From Octopus vulgaris (lineage: Eukaryota), in the NCBI GenBank assembly GCA_951406725.2, contig OX597822.1, positions 89,218,001 through 89,282,000 of the forward strand: a stretch of 64,000 nt of DNA, given 5' to 3'. This document shows positions 27,591 through 42,611 of this stretch, piece after piece (the first letter of the stretch is position 1; each line of letters opens with the position of its first letter). Made by a program: the position numbers and the translations under genes. The notes below the pieces were generated by a model. The model was not told the origin of the DNA and made no database searches. It saw only the letters and a list, made by a program, of their open reading frames with translations.

Positions 27591-30257
27591 ATAAATATAT
27601 ACTCTACTAAATAGTATTAAGTAATCCTTCAGTTTAATGTTAAATTGTTTCTATGTATAACTTGACATAAAAACAAACATTAGTATAAATATAACGGAGG
27701 AAATGACAAATGACCGAGACCTTTCGCGATATGCTGTGCTTGAGAAGACTTGTCAAACCAAGTGAAATCATAGTTGTGGCTGTTGCCAGGGTCATGTAAA
27801 TGGCACCCATGGAATTGTAGTCATGGCTGTTGCTGGTGTCATGTAAATAGCACCCATGCCAGCAGCACGTAAAAAGCACCCATTGCACTGTCAGAGTGGT
27901 TGGTGGTAGGAAGGGCATCCAGCTGCAGAAACTATGCCAGATCATACTGGAACCTGGTGTAGCCCTCCGGCTTACCAGTTCCAGTCAAACTGTCTAACCC
28001 ATGCCAGCATGGAAAGCGGACATTAAATGATGATGATATATATTTGTGTGTGTGTGTGTTTATATGGACTGAATAATTTTTCCACTTTGACACCAATGCA
28101 TTTGAGCGAGAGACTGAAAAATGATGATACTACTATTGATGATGATCATAATTCATAAGGAAATAGAGAATGATAAAGATGCTGAATTTATTGATATTGA
28201 TTTACATCCTTCCACCTCCACAATCATCTTTATTATTACTATTGCTAGTTGTATCCACCTCCACACTGTATATAAATACAAAAATTCATGTCTGGACAAA
28301 TTCTTTCCAGTTCATTGAATTCATTAATTCCTATGATGCTATAGAAACTGCTTTTTACTGTTTTGTATTATGACTATTATACTTGTATTTTCTCTCTTTC
28401 CTCCCTCTTTATCTGTTCTCTCTCTCTCTCTCTCTCCCCTGTGTTTGTATATCATCATCATTTAATGTCCGCTTTCCATGCTGGCCTGGGTTGCATGGTT
28501 TGACAGGAGCTGGCAAGGCAGAAGACTGCACTATTATATTTATTATGAAAACTCAGTAGATAACTATATTTATATATGTGAACATTATAAACTTAATAAT
28601 CTCATAATAATCAATTCACATTACCAAGTGGTTTCATGTTGAAGAATCTGCCAAGTGTAGAAAGGAAGTGCAGACTTCGTTTATGAGAGAAAAGGACTAT
28701 TTTGAAGAGTTCCCTCCACTGAGGGGTCCTATCTGAACTCTAAAATGGAAATATTTTCCTCATGTTCTCGTTATAAGGAATATATCTTAGCCAGCTGGTC
28801 AGTTTTACACTAGCTGTAAGAGTTGACATTTCTTCCTTTAGTAGTCCTCTCAACATAAATAAGGAATATATTTTCCCCTGCAGTTAACTCTTATAAACAC
28901 CCATATATATACACAATCAAGCATACCCTTAAAAAAAATCTCCTCTCTGTCTCAGTCCACTTTCTCTCTTCCTCCTAATCCTCTCTGCATCACCCTTATC
29001 CCATCTTCATTCCACAATCACATATACATAAAACAGGGGTAGACATTTACTACTTGAATTCTGACATGTGGGACAATGAATAAAAGGGACTAATGTAAGA
29101 GCCAGCCTTCTTTTTTACTATATGTTTTTTTATCAGTGAGTTTCATTCAATTTTTTAAAGAGACATTTTATCTCTCAGAGATAAAATGTCTCTTCTTAAA
29201 ATGTCTTCAGTGCAGTGGTTTGAGGCCTCCAGCAATAAAGAGTTCAAGCCATTCTCTTCTATTCAGTCATATCTGATGATTGTTAATTTAATTTCTATGT
29301 TTGGAATGTTTTGCAACATGAAACTGGTTAGTAAAATAGGCTCTTATGCAACTAAATTTATAATATTGTATAAATAATAAAACATACACACACACGTATG
29401 TGTATATGTCATCATCATCTTCACTTCACATCTGCTTTCCATACTGGCATAGAATCAGGAGGTTATCACAGTTGGAGACAGCATATATTTGGTTATACTG
29501 CTTACCTACAGGGTTAGGGGGCTTCATCACCTGCATTTCATTTATGGTTTGGTTTCTGCATTTGAATACCCTTCCTAACATGAATCACTTTACAGAATGT
29601 ACTGGGTACTTTTTTCACGATTGCATCATTAGAGTGGTGTCATGTCCTCTTTAAGATTGAAGGTTCTCGTATTTTACAGGGTATTTTTTGTGACACCTGC
29701 ATGAGAGATGTTGTCTTGTTCTCAGCTTGACTAAAGGGATCTCACAGTCCCTATATTTTTCTTGGCTTATTGAATTATTTGTTTGATTCCTCTTTCCCTT
29801 ATAATCTTACTCATTTTATTTGTTTGTATTTTTGCCTACATATATACATGTGCATCATCATCATTTAACATGTCTTTCATCATACTGATATGGCTTGAAT
29901 GTTTGATAAGACCCGATGAACCAGAGGACTGTGTCAAGCTCCAGTGTCTGCTTTGGCATAGTTTCTATAGCTGGATGTCCTCCTTTTTTATGAAATCTTT
30001 TTACAAAATGTACTGGGTGCATTTTTCATTGCACTAATAATTTACATGACAATACCTCTCAACTGAGTGTGTGTATAGGTGTGGGTGTGCACATAGTTTT
30101 TGAAATGCTGGCAGCCAAATTAACTAGATCAATATTTGCTTCAGTAAAGATGTGTCATCTGAACTCTGCTCTATTGACTTCTTCTTTTCTTTGGGAATAC
30201 CATACTTCCTTTCTAATGCTGTCTATAGAAATTCGTTTTCACATTTTCATTTTACTG

Positions 30258-31810
30258 ATGCCTCCAGTCAAGAAAATTGGTCCACAGTACAGCAGTGATT
30301 ATTTATCGTTTGGATTTATTCCCTCTCCTCAGAACTGTCAATTACCAATGTGCCTTCTTTGCCATCAAACATTGACCAACGAAGCAATGGAACATTCATA
30401 CTTGAAGTAACACTTTGATGCAAAGCATTCTAACAAGAAGGACAAGCCATTATCATAATTTTTGCAACTGAGCTCCTCTTTCAAAAAGCAAACACAAACA
30501 TTCAACATACTATTTTAGGAAACTAGTAAACAGGAGACTGACAGGGTGATTGCATCATACAACATTGCATTGCTTGTTGCTAAGTCTGGAAAGTTTCACA
30601 CAATTGGAGAAACATTACTTTGCCCAGTTATCGAAGAGGTTTTGTCAACCGTTATGCATGAAAAATGCAATAACATTATGAAGATCCCACTTAGTAATAA
30701 CACAATTTCTTGAAGCATCAAAGAAATGGCCAACGATGTCAAACATTAGCTCATTAATATTCTCCAACATTCTGAATTTTCTATACAAGTCAACTGTTGT
30801 GGACGGTCAATGTTTGATGATGGTATATGTTCGGTATTTTAGCAAAGACCTTCAACCGTGTGAGGAAATGCTGTTCACAGAGAAATTGCTGCTTGATTCA
30901 AAAGGCGCAACTATTTTTCACACTCTCAAGTCTTTCCTTTTTGAACATAATGTTCACTCAGTAATATTCTTGCCTGTGCGTCTGATGGAGGCCCTTCAAT
31001 GATAGGAAGATACAGAGGTTTTTCATCTCTCCTAAAGTGTGAAATTTCCCACTAGATACTAACTGCTCATTGCTTGGCACACTGGCAGCATTTAGTGGCA
31101 AAAAATATGAACTGTAGATTGGATGATGCGCTACAGTTAGTTATTAAGACTGTGAACAAACTGAAGTCCAGTCCCTTGTCTGATTGAATTTTGCATCAAC
31201 TCTGTCTGAGAAATGATGAGGACCCTACTTAACTCTTATATCATATCAAAGTGCGGTGGCTATCAAAAGGCAACAGTGTTTTACGCTTTGTCAAACTGTT
31301 TCATATATTCATATCTTCCTTTGAAGCTACTTCACAATCCGCTTCATTGATGGCTGCAAGGTGCAATATCTTTTTTCTTTGTGATATATTCACAAAATTA
31401 AATGATTTGAATAGGTTATTATAAGGAAACAGAAAAACTCTCATTGATTCCAAATCATTTATCACTACCTTCATTTCGAAATTGGTGCTGTATAAGTCAT
31501 TTCTAAATGTCAATTCCATCAGTTTCCACAACTTGATTCTTTGAAAGATGAATTGGCTGATGAGGATTTAACTACATATTGCAAATATTTACAATCATTG
31601 CATGATGACATATTGGAGCGATTTCAAGATGTTATTGCGCTGAATATTCCAAATTGGTATAGCAATCTGAGATTGATGCAGTTGATTGCAAGGATGATGT
31701 TCAAAAGGAATTGATAGAATTACGAAATGACAATGATGCCACAATGCGATATTGCCGTCATGGCAAAGAATTATATTCTCCTTCAAATGCATTTCCTCAC
31801 TCTTCTATAC
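30258..31810 (+). pseudogene. hAT (Buster/Charlie, ZBED5/SCAND3-like) transposase pseudogene
   Basis: QYSSDYLSFGF...PMCLLC...NEAM, ASYNIALLVAK...HTIGE.L, IPLSNNT, HCLAH.QHLVAK, VRWLSKG; many stops and frameshifts; no TIRs found. Confidence 0.85.
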
Positions 31811-32493
31811 AATCTTACAACCTCTACCCAACCACTCTTTCTGTTCTCCTATCCCCACTCACATCTACTTGCAACATATCTTGAGGGTCTGCCCTGGCAC
31901 CTCATCATCACTACTTTTCTCTCTTTCTAGCTCTACTCTGGCCACCTCCTCTATGTCTTCTATAACCTGAGTAACTGCATAGCTCCTCTACAGCAAGAAG
32001 CCTGTTCTGTTCTGACCCTTTCTTTCATACTTTAACCCTCATCTCAAAGCATAAAGCCACTTCCTTCTCTAATGCAGCCTTTCTCAGTTGAAGGGGATCT
32101 TAGTCTTTCAGGCTGCATGCCAACCTCACTAATGCTGTTGCCACAAAAAAACCCCACCCAGTACGCACTGAAAAATGGGTGGTATAAGAAGGGTGTCCAT
32201 TCATAAAAACCATGTCACATCAGACACTGGAGTACAATGCAGTTGGATTCTATCAAACCATCTAACCCATGCCAGCATGGACAACATGGACATTAAATGT
32301 TGGTGTGAGCCTAGATACACTGTGAATAAAAAGTAGGGTGCTCATGACTAGAATGCCTTTCATCGTCAATCTGTTCCGTCAGAACCTACCTGGTGCTCAT
32401 TAACAACAATTATCTTTAATAAGCAAAATGTTTTATTAGTTATATAAATTTATTATAATCATCTGATTCCTATGTTTTCATTTTTTTTTCCAG

Positions 32494-32607
32494 CTTTGTG
32501 GGCTACGCGTGACACAGAAGAGACCAAAGGAGATCGTGAACTTCACGTGAAGACCACTCTAAGAGAACTTATCATCTACATCATTTTCCTTGCTGTACTT
32601 TGTGTCA
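32494..32607 (+). CDS. PKD2: PKD2 exon 2 (pre-S1 helix and S1: LWATRDTEETKGDRELHVKTTLRELIIYIIFLAVLCV)
   Basis: Polypyrimidine tract plus cag acceptor at 32491-32493, donor gtaagt at 32608; 114 nt. Confidence 0.95.
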
Positions 32608-33129
32608 GTAAGTACAACAGTTATAAATTATTGGCGTTTTTAAACTGGCCATTTAAAAAAAAAAAGAAAATTTAGCTTTTAGCATTCCATCCTTAAAATC
32701 TAGAATTGCAAGCCGGATATAACTGTTCCTTATGTAAATAAACTCAGAAATTCTGTGATGCATTTAGATTGGCATATACTTTGTTATCTCTGGTGACTTG
32801 CCACTTAGGTAACTGTATAAAATCTATGACATTTACAAATTCCTTCTCTAGGATCTGAAGCTGGCTCATAAATTCAGATAAGCAGAGACTTGTATATACT
32901 AAACACTGTTTTATTTTTCAATGCTTGCATAGGTAGGATCTTATATTCTACAAATTTAGATGTTTTTGATTAGTTATTATAAACTATTTAACTATATAAT
33001 GATAACCAGATAGAGAGAGGCAAATATAATAATGTGCACATCACAATTGTATGTCAAAAAGGTTTGCACCCATTAATTCCCTATTTATTATGCCACATTA
33101 TATCAGTAATATCCTTTTTTTTATAAGAA

Positions 33130-34000
33130 AGTCCCAGACAAATCAAGAAGCCACTTAGTGTAAAGAAATATGAAGGAGAAATTAAGATGAAAGGAATGAA
33201 TTTACTTGAGACTTGAACGTGTTCAGGTCATAAGGAGGAAAACAATGAGATGGAAGTGAGTTTAAAAGTCAGGCTGTTCAAGAAAAAATGCTATGACTGT
33301 TCAGCAGAGCACTTCTTGTGGCAATGACGATAGAAAAGACTAAAACTGGTGATGTTACGTTGATGAGACAAGTGTTGTAGAGTTGACACAAGTCAAATTA
33401 GAGACTCACTTCTGAACCTGATTGAGGAGATCCAAGTGACAAGGTGTACCTGCCCAAATATGACCACAGCATTCCATACAACAATGAATTGTGAACTTTT
33501 AAAGATACAAAATGACCTTGGATGTGAGGTAGTCCTTTGACCTATACAATGACTCAATATTATAGTAAGTAGACCTGCCAATTGATCGTATGCAAGAACC
33601 CCAAGAAAGATCAAGTGAAAAAGTAAGACCAGTTTCAAAGATGGCTTTTCCTGTAGTCTCACTATGTGATATCCCAGAGTTGTAACTAATTTAAATGGGA
33701 GGAAGATTGGGATCTTGCTTCCTACTGAAAGACATGGGTTTGGTTTTGCAAGGTTGAAAGTTACTAACCACTTCTCACTTCATTTCTAAACAGTCTGCAG
33801 TTCCACCTCAAGACTAGCATCAAGTTCCAACTGTTTTAAGGGAGAAGGTTTGCCAAGAAAACCATAATAAAGAGTAGTATCATCAGCATAAACATTGATG
33901 AATTGAAGAATATTGACAGGAAGATCATTGATGTAGAGGAAAATACATTCAATTAGTGGGCCACTACTGAAAACTTTATCTTCAGAAGATGATATCCTAG
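33130..34000 (-). mobile_element. Old L2/CR1-type LINE RT remnant
   Basis: GPL...FLYINDLP...VYADDTTLY in ORF 33786-34070. Confidence 0.6.
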
Positions 34001-36261
34001 AATGGTTTCCCCAACAGCTTTTCATCATGTTGGTTAGAGGTTTGAACCACAAGTGTGAGCTACAAAACACTTGTCAATTATTCAGTGTGATAGATTGGCA
34101 TAATCATTAAAGTATCACATAAAATGCCTTGTAGTATTTAGTCATTCCAGGTTCAAATCCCATGAAGTTTAACTTTGCCTATCCTCATTTTGAGGTTGAT
34201 AAAACACTGGTCTAATACTAGAGTTGGTGTAATCAATCATACCCTCACTCAAATACTAATGTTTAGAAATTCATTATTTAGTGCCTCCATCTGTAGTTTT
34301 CCGTGGTACAAGTTTACAGTTAATTTGGCCAGGAAGAAATAAAATGGCCCAGTAAAAATAGTATAAGGCTGCCAGTTCATAAGTTATAAAATGAAAACTA
34401 TTGCAGTTATTTCCTTATGCTTTTAGGCAGTACAGTTAATTCTATATCCCTGACTTCATTATTCTGACTAAAATAGTTATGAGATCATTATCATTTGGGT
34501 AGATTATTTTATGTCTATCTAGTATGATGTTTATCTCTTGGTTACTCAACGCCATAAAATCAGAGCTAAATCTTGACCCAGAGAACTACATGTTGTACTT
34601 TGAAGACCTGTTTATGAAGATATTTTGTACTTTAGGTTAGCATAACATATTTTAACCAGGGACACAACATAGCAGCAGAGTGGTGTGTTATAGATTCACT
34701 ATATGGCCAAACTTTTATTGACAATAGGTGTTTCTTGTTTTGAGTTTCAATTCAGGGAACATCATCTTCCTCACCATGCTATATTTCATTGGTTTATCTC
34801 TTTGTTGATTTTCTACATTGGCTTAAGAGGACTACTTTGTAAAGGGAGGGTGTAAACATAAACACCAAATCAAACTGATAGGTACTAATCCTGTTGATCA
34901 GAGACGGATGAAACCATCACAGAAATTGATTCTAAAAGAAATAACTAATCCAAAAATTTTAACGACAAAGTCGAACTTATTGACGTCATATTTGTTGCTG
35001 TCTTGCACTCATTTACTGTCCTGACCATAAATCAAGAATACAGAAACAAAAAAAAACCTATAACATGAAAACGTGTTTTGACTTGCATTTATTTGAGGAG
35101 GAAAAACATAACTCTGTAATCAGATAGATTTGTTGTTCGTTGTGAAATTTTCCATCACTTCATTGCATTTTGATTTGATTGTTTACTTAACAAGGACAAG
35201 CTCTTGTTAATTGACTAACAGTTGGTAACTATGACACTTCTTCATGGTTGACGTGCATGTGTGCACACACGCGTGTGTGTGTGTGTGTGAGAGAGAGAGG
35301 GAGGGAGTAGTGGCTGAGAGTTGCAGTAAGGTGTTACAGTTGCATAGTTTAGTATATTCTTTTAGTTCTGGTTTTATTATAAACATAACTTCATTTTCAA
35401 TAATTATTTTCTGGATTTAATTTTTAATACATTTTATTTGTCATTTGGTTTAATACTGCTGTTGGGCCTTCAAGTACCTTTTGCATATTTCAATTAAACA
35501 CAGCAGACCAGATTCCATAACATTTGAACTATAGATTGACCTTAGTACATTTGGGGCTATCTGTGCAATCTGAAATAGCTTTAGAACCTAAGGTATAACC
35601 TTAAAAAATTGAAAAGGAAGTTACACACTGAATACATTATATATTATTGCTAAAGTTAACTATTTTTTCACTACTCAGAGTTTCTTAATGCAGAGACATT
35701 CATCAGGTTGTGAATGTGTGTGTGTGTGTATGCATATCTTGTAAAGGTATGTGGCCTACTGGTTAAGTAAGGTGTTTGGCTTAATGTTCATAAGGTAGTG
35801 GTCTCAATTGCTTGCTTTGGCAGCCGGTCACTTAATTTCATGTTGCTCTAGTCTACTCTGTTACAACAAGTACTAGTGTAGTCCTCTCTCCCATCAACTG
35901 TCATATCCTGTATGGTTTGCTGAAGCAAGAGTGAGATCATCAAAAGAGTGTCTATGTTTGCTCATGGACCACATAGAATCCTAAAACAATTAGTGAAAGT
36001 GTGATACAGACTACTAAGCCATCCTACTCATACATGAGTGATGACTGATTACTTACTCTGTGTGTGTGTGTGTGTGTGTAATGGGAACATATCAAAAGAT
36101 GGAATTATCTCAAACATTTGCATAATTCAAAACTCTGATGTGATGTGATCCAGAAGATGCTTGCTCAAGCTAACAAGGGAAACTTGCAAACTTTACATGG
36201 TTGGTTGATCAACAAAAAATAGCACTTTAGCTGGAGAAAAAGATGAGAAAGTCATGTTTAA

Positions 36262-36481
36262 CCCTTTAGTGTTCAAACTGGCTGTATTTAGCCCAAATAT
36301 ACTACCTATTTTATGTTCAAATTAACCAGAACCAGAAGCTCACACCTACCCTGCAATGTCATTCTAAAAATAAACAATTACATCTTTGAAATCTTGAAGC
36401 TACAAGACAATACCAGATTAATTTTTAGAAATGTGAATGAATAAGGATTACTTTTGACAAAGTAATTTCAACACTAAAGAG
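36262..36481. mobile_element. piggyBac-type MITE
   Basis: TTAA|ccctttagtgtt ... aacactaaagag|TTAA; related partial copy at 21462-21599. Confidence 0.8.
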
Positions 36482-38149
36482 TTAAGATGCCTTTGCTCAC
36501 AGGTCTTCTCAATTAGAGTTGACCTGCAGCTAAACAATAAGAATATTTTATTAATGCAATGTAGCTTACCTCCTGAATGGACAATATCCCTGAGGTTGAC
36601 TTGAGATTAAGATCATTTGTAGTTTATACCAAACTTATGCAGTAACAGGGTAAAATGTTTAACCAATAAATCTTAAATAAATATGCTTTTTATTTGCATA
36701 AAGCAGAAGTACGCTATCACCCAACTGAGTATGTGACCCCCTACCATTTAGATTCCAGATTGAAGCTATTTAATTGAAATCTTGTTTAAACTGTTTATTA
36801 ATGCCTGGTAGAAAGGTATGAACATCTCACAATCTTGTGCCTTTCCTTAAAATTCTGGGGGATTTGTTATTTATAAGGAATTAATATTTATTTGAAAAAA
36901 TTATTAACTCATGATTATCATGAGTCTCATATTCACATAAAGATTTTTCAGAGACTGGCTGGAGTAAATAAACATGAATGATGAGATTAAATTCATTGCT
37001 TTGTTGCTTAGTTATAATGTTGGACTCATTGATTTCTCAATCAACTGCTTACTTACTGTCCAGGTGTTTTCCATAAATATCTATATTGCTTTGTGTATGG
37101 ATTTATCTGCAGCCAGTGATATTTTGATCTTTTTTCAAATATATGTCATGGCAATGTGAAATTGGTAGAGAGTAAAATTGTTTATCAATAATTCATATCT
37201 TGTGACAAATATTTATTTCCTTCTTATACTCAGGGACCATATTTGTGAGACAAGAAGGACTTTTGTTAAAGTTGATTCATTGAATTTCAGTATATCGTTT
37301 TTTACTAAATATATTGATTTTGGATATAAAGAAGGCACAGAGTGAGCTCTAATTCTATTTAAACTCCAAATTATTAGGCAACTAACTAAGTAGACAGTAC
37401 AAGAAAATTACATCTGTAACAAAAGAACTACATTAGTATTAATAACAACTCTTGTTTAAAAGGACAAGGGAAACAATTCCAAAATCCAAATTGATTAAAG
37501 ATGGAATGAGAGGGATCCATTTTGTGGGGTGTTCAATCTTTGGTAATTTCTGTATTTTGGTTTTATTAAGCCTCTTGTTCTACACCATCTATTCCAAACT
37601 ATCTGCTTTCCTAGTCACAAATATTGGTTACTTATGAAGTCATAAGGCATCAGATTCATGAGGTAATGAAACTGTGACAGTGTGAATTTCATGTTTTCTT
37701 CAAAGGCTTTAGCAACGAAAGTAAAGTAGAATGGCTACTATAAAGTAATCAAAATGAAAACTTTCCATCAAAATTTCATTTTAACTCATGTTCCAAACAT
37801 AAGATTAGTAGCAGCAAAATTATTTTACTGAATTCTTTATTTGTGATTTAAGGGAAATGTCATTGCTATTTCTAGCAGGTTCTAGCTATTTCCTCACTCA
37901 TTCTGTCAGGTATCTTTATTTCATTAAGAATGTTGTAGTTCACTTGAAGCATTGTAGTCCAAAAATAGAAAAGAGAAATAATGAAAGCTTCTATCAATGC
38001 AAAATGTTTTATAAAGCCCCATTATATCTCAGGCACTAAGAAATATAAAGGGTTTTTTTTTGTAAAACTTACTGCATTGTTAGAAGCTTTTTTCCCCCTT
38101 TTATTTCATTTCATTACTTCCAGTAATGGAAGTACATACTAAACAGAGT

Positions 38150-38526
38150 AGTTCTTGACATACAAAATAGTGGGATGGTCACATCTAGAATGTCTTTTTA
38201 TCATAGCTATTTTTGATCAAGTTTCATCTGGTGCTATACAACAATGTCAACAATCTCTATTCTACCTTTCTTACTCAGACCCCATACTTAAATACTTTCC
38301 ATCCTTTCTCCTCCACAACACAAATATTTTGGAACTCTGTTGGCAACTTACAGAAGTTTAACCTTAAATTTGGTTGTACCAACCTCATCCATGTGAGAAG
38401 ATTGGCAAGGGTCATAAGTCCTGTTCTTGTTGACATTGTTGTTTAGCATCAGGTGAACCTTAATCAAGAAGAGCTATAAAAGGTATTCTAGATGTGACCA
38501 TCCCACTATTTTGTACGTCAAGGACT
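38150..38526. repeat. Tail-to-tail inverted pair of a SINE-tail repeat (38150-38253 and 38427-38526)
   Basis: caaaatagtgggatggtcacatctagaat and its exact reverse complement; family also seen at about 1800-2000, 51130-51330 and 52250-52410. Confidence 0.7.
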
Positions 38527-39970
38527 AACTTGTCTGGCATATTGTTTCTATTTTGAAGATGATAACATGTTACAGAGAAATTTAGCTGCTATAATTAATA
38601 CAATAGATGGCCTCTTGTTGGATTGTACATCTGGAGTGATGGCAATAAAGAGGTGGGTGCATTGAATGGATTTTGATACATAGTTGCTAGTTCAGAGAAG
38701 CAGCAACTATTGTATTAGATATAGAGGAACTTGAGGGAAGACACAGTTCATGGTATAGGTTAAGAATGAAGTTCTTTCTTTCTTGGACTCTGATGGTGTC
38801 CTAGGAACATTACTTCTGATGGTGTCATAGGAGCAATCTCATGATATATAGTGAGTTTTGGGTGTTTAAACTAGTAGAGCTTATCCCTCCTCAGATCTGT
38901 CCACAGCCAATTTCCTCCTGACAGCAAGTGAGTGAGTGGGAGAGAGAGAGAGACTCCACTATTTATCTGATATGAGCAGTAAAAATATATTGATGCTGTT
39001 CAATGAAACTAAGTTGTTATGTATTCATTACACAATGTTTTCAAACTCCCTGCAAACATGTATACAAACAACAGCATATTATAGCCTTAAAACTATGTAT
39101 TACTATAAGACTAAGTTATATCTTTGCCTACCTAGCCATAAATATATTCACAACAGTGGGAACACTGTATGACTGATGATTGTTTCATCAGTTTGAATTT
39201 TGACACCCCCTTCCCACTGCCTTCCATAGATGATGGATAGGTCAATGGTATTAAAAGAAGATAAAACATTTTCTGTGGTGTTTTTATTATCACATAGGTA
39301 CTAATTGAGAATGTGTCCTCCTCCTCCTCCTCACTATAGAGGGACTACATGGCTACTCACATTGTTGAAGCATTGGTAGCAATAACCGATGGGGAGCTAA
39401 CGAGATAAAAGTAGTGGTCAGGGTGGACCCTCTAGGTAAGTAGAAGTGAGTGGGGGCTGAATAATAGAGAGTCTAGGTAGATAGGGGTTGCAAGAGTGTA
39501 TGAGGAAAGTGAGGAGTTGATATGAATGGAGAAATAACTGAGTGGGGTGAATATAATATATAAGGATCAAGTGTTGAAGGATGATATGTAGGGAAGATAG
39601 GGAGGAATAGGTGACAACTGTAGAGACTGGATAGGGTTGAGTGGTGGATAAGGGATGGGTGTGGCCAATGATACACATGAGTTGGAGAAAGAGAGAGACA
39701 GAGAGATGCCATGGCATTTGGTTGGGTAGGTTGCAAGAGTGTAGGAGGTAGAGGCAGGTGTAGTGTATGGGGTGAGTGAGAGATGTATGGTGGCAGAGGA
39801 GAGATGATTTGATGGCACATGAGAATGATCAATGTAAAATGTGAATGGAGAGGGAAAATATTAAGAATGAAGTTTGGTTATCAAGTGAAACATCAAGGAA
39901 GATAAGTGGTATCAGGAAAAAGTTGGTAAAGTAGGCAGTTTAGTGTACATTTGAGAAAATGTATTTGACC

Positions 39971-40021
39971 TTATTTTCTAGTCACATTTGGAATGACAAG
40001 TACATCTGTGTATTACTACAC
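39971..40021 (+). repeat. Partial duplicate of the PKD2 exon 3 acceptor and first ~40 exon nt
   Basis: ttattttctag|tcacatttggaatgacaagtacatctgtgtattactacac versus ttatcttctag|ttacatttggaatgacaagcacatctatgtattactacac 102 nt downstream. Confidence 0.9.
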
Positions 40022-40083
40022 TGGATCACCATGTAGTTCTGTGCATGTTTAATTGCAAATATATTTTTGATTTTATCTTCTAG

Positions 40084-40211
40084 TTACATTTGGAATGACA
40101 AGCACATCTATGTATTACTACACCAAGGCCATGACTGATCTATTTATTGATTCTACATATTCTGGTGGTGGCAGCTTCAGAACTATAACCACAGTCAATG
40201 ACGTCTGGAAA
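40084..40211 (+). CDS. PKD2: PKD2 exon 3 (ITFGMTSTSMYYYTKAMTDLF...NDVWK)
   Basis: Acceptor ttcttctag-like tract ending 40083, donor gtaggt at 40212; start of the TOP domain. Confidence 0.93.
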
Positions 40212-40410
40212 GTAGGTTTCCTCGTGTATTATCTTTTCTTGGTTTACTTGCTTGTTTCACTATTTTATTTATTTATTTTTTTATCATGTTATGCATGTAT
40301 GCATAACATACATAATATGTATGCATGCATAACATACGTAACATATATATATATATATACCGTCCAACCCATGCTAGCATTGAAAATGGATGTTAAACGA
40401 TGATGATGAT

Positions 40411-41062
<652 letters not shown>

Positions 41063-41094
41063 AATACACACACAATATGTACATTTATATATAG

Positions 41095-41570
41095 AGATTG
41101 ACTCAGTGCAACAGATGAACAACTAGGAGAGGCTAAAGCAACTACACCTGTACTCCCTGGAGAGATGATGTGAAAGATGTATAATGATATACACATGGAG
41201 GTCTCCGGAAGGTCTAGCTCTGACTTTGGAATTGGAAGCTATAACAACTATTGAACTGGATGGCACTACACAGTACCAAAGATCCGGTTCTCTCTATCTA
41301 TATTAAAAACCCAGTACTGCATCAGCTTGGGACTCAAGGGTTCATAATTGTTCAACATTTCGCCAAACAACGTCAGAGATTTGCAAAGTGTAGATATGGA
41401 GGCCTTCAAAGAATGTTTGGACAAATTTTTATCTGAGATACCAGATGAACCCACATCGTGCCATGGAATCCAACTTATTACTTCACCAGAAACAATATAG
41501 AAAAGAAACCCAATTATACTGAAAGACAGTTCTCCAGTATGGCTCCAGCCTTTAGCTGAAGCAAATAAAA
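41095..41570 (+). mobile_element. Decayed CR1-type LINE 3' end
   Basis: ERLKQLHLYSLER...IMIYTW...KECLDKFLSEIPDEP, homologous to the end of the 13107 ORF. Confidence 0.65.
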
Positions 41571-41571
41571 G

Positions 41572-41611
<40 letters not shown>

Positions 41612-41669
41612 CTTTTATATATATATATATATTGTTATATTTCGGAATGGTCATATTGCCAGTTTAAAC

Positions 41670-41721
<52 letters not shown>

Positions 41722-42611
41722 TATAATTATGTTGATGGGGTTAAAATCCAAGGTGTGTCCTCTTGGAGCACGTATTTATTTCAGTATTCCAAATCTGTAT
41801 GTAGATATTATATTTGTGTGAAGTATGCATAAGAGTTAAAAATGCTGAAAAATATTCTTTGCAGTGTAATAATATCAAAACAAGAGATTTATATTCAGAG
41901 TCCACATATCACTACTATGTAGCACAGCTGTTTTGCACATTTGCACACAAATATCATACAATCTACCCTTCATCCTGAGGGAGAATCTCTTAGTTGCTTG
42001 CAAAAGAATTCTTACTCTGGCAGCTATGCTTCCAGAGCATCCAACACTGCTGCCATTTACGTCACTTGAATAACAAAACTATTGACTACTACTAGGGAAA
42101 CTTCTGAATAGTTGAGAGAATCTATACCCTAAGTATATTCTGTGCTGGATACCCCTGTACACCAGGTACATATGAAAGCTGCCTTTGTTGTTAGTTTATC
42201 TATGATCTCCCTAAACCTCTTGTGTGTTCATTGTTTAGACTGGGCACATTGTAAAGAGTTTGTACCTCCTCTTCTGCATACCAAACATGACCTTTGCTCT
42301 GACAGTATCAAAACTTTGCTTTGTTTTATCACTTGTCATAACTTTAGTCCTGGTTTAGTTTACTTTAAGGCCCTTCAATTCTATGATTCCATGTTTTGCT
42401 TCCATATATATGTGTACTGATGCTGTAAATGGAACAGTATTATTGATAAGGTATCAAAATTATGATGAATTTTGGTTGGTAACTGAAGAGGGGTATACAT
42501 TGTGTGTTCTTTCCTGTTTTCTGTGTTCCTTTGTTGTCCTCTTGTGCCATATTGTATTATATATGTGTGTGTATATAATAATAGAACATATCCTTTTTTT
42601 CTGTTTGCTAG

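Noticed and set aside
30069-30410. Domesticated ZBED-type host gene
   Set aside because: The hAT reading frame has many stops and frameshifts, so it is a fossil.
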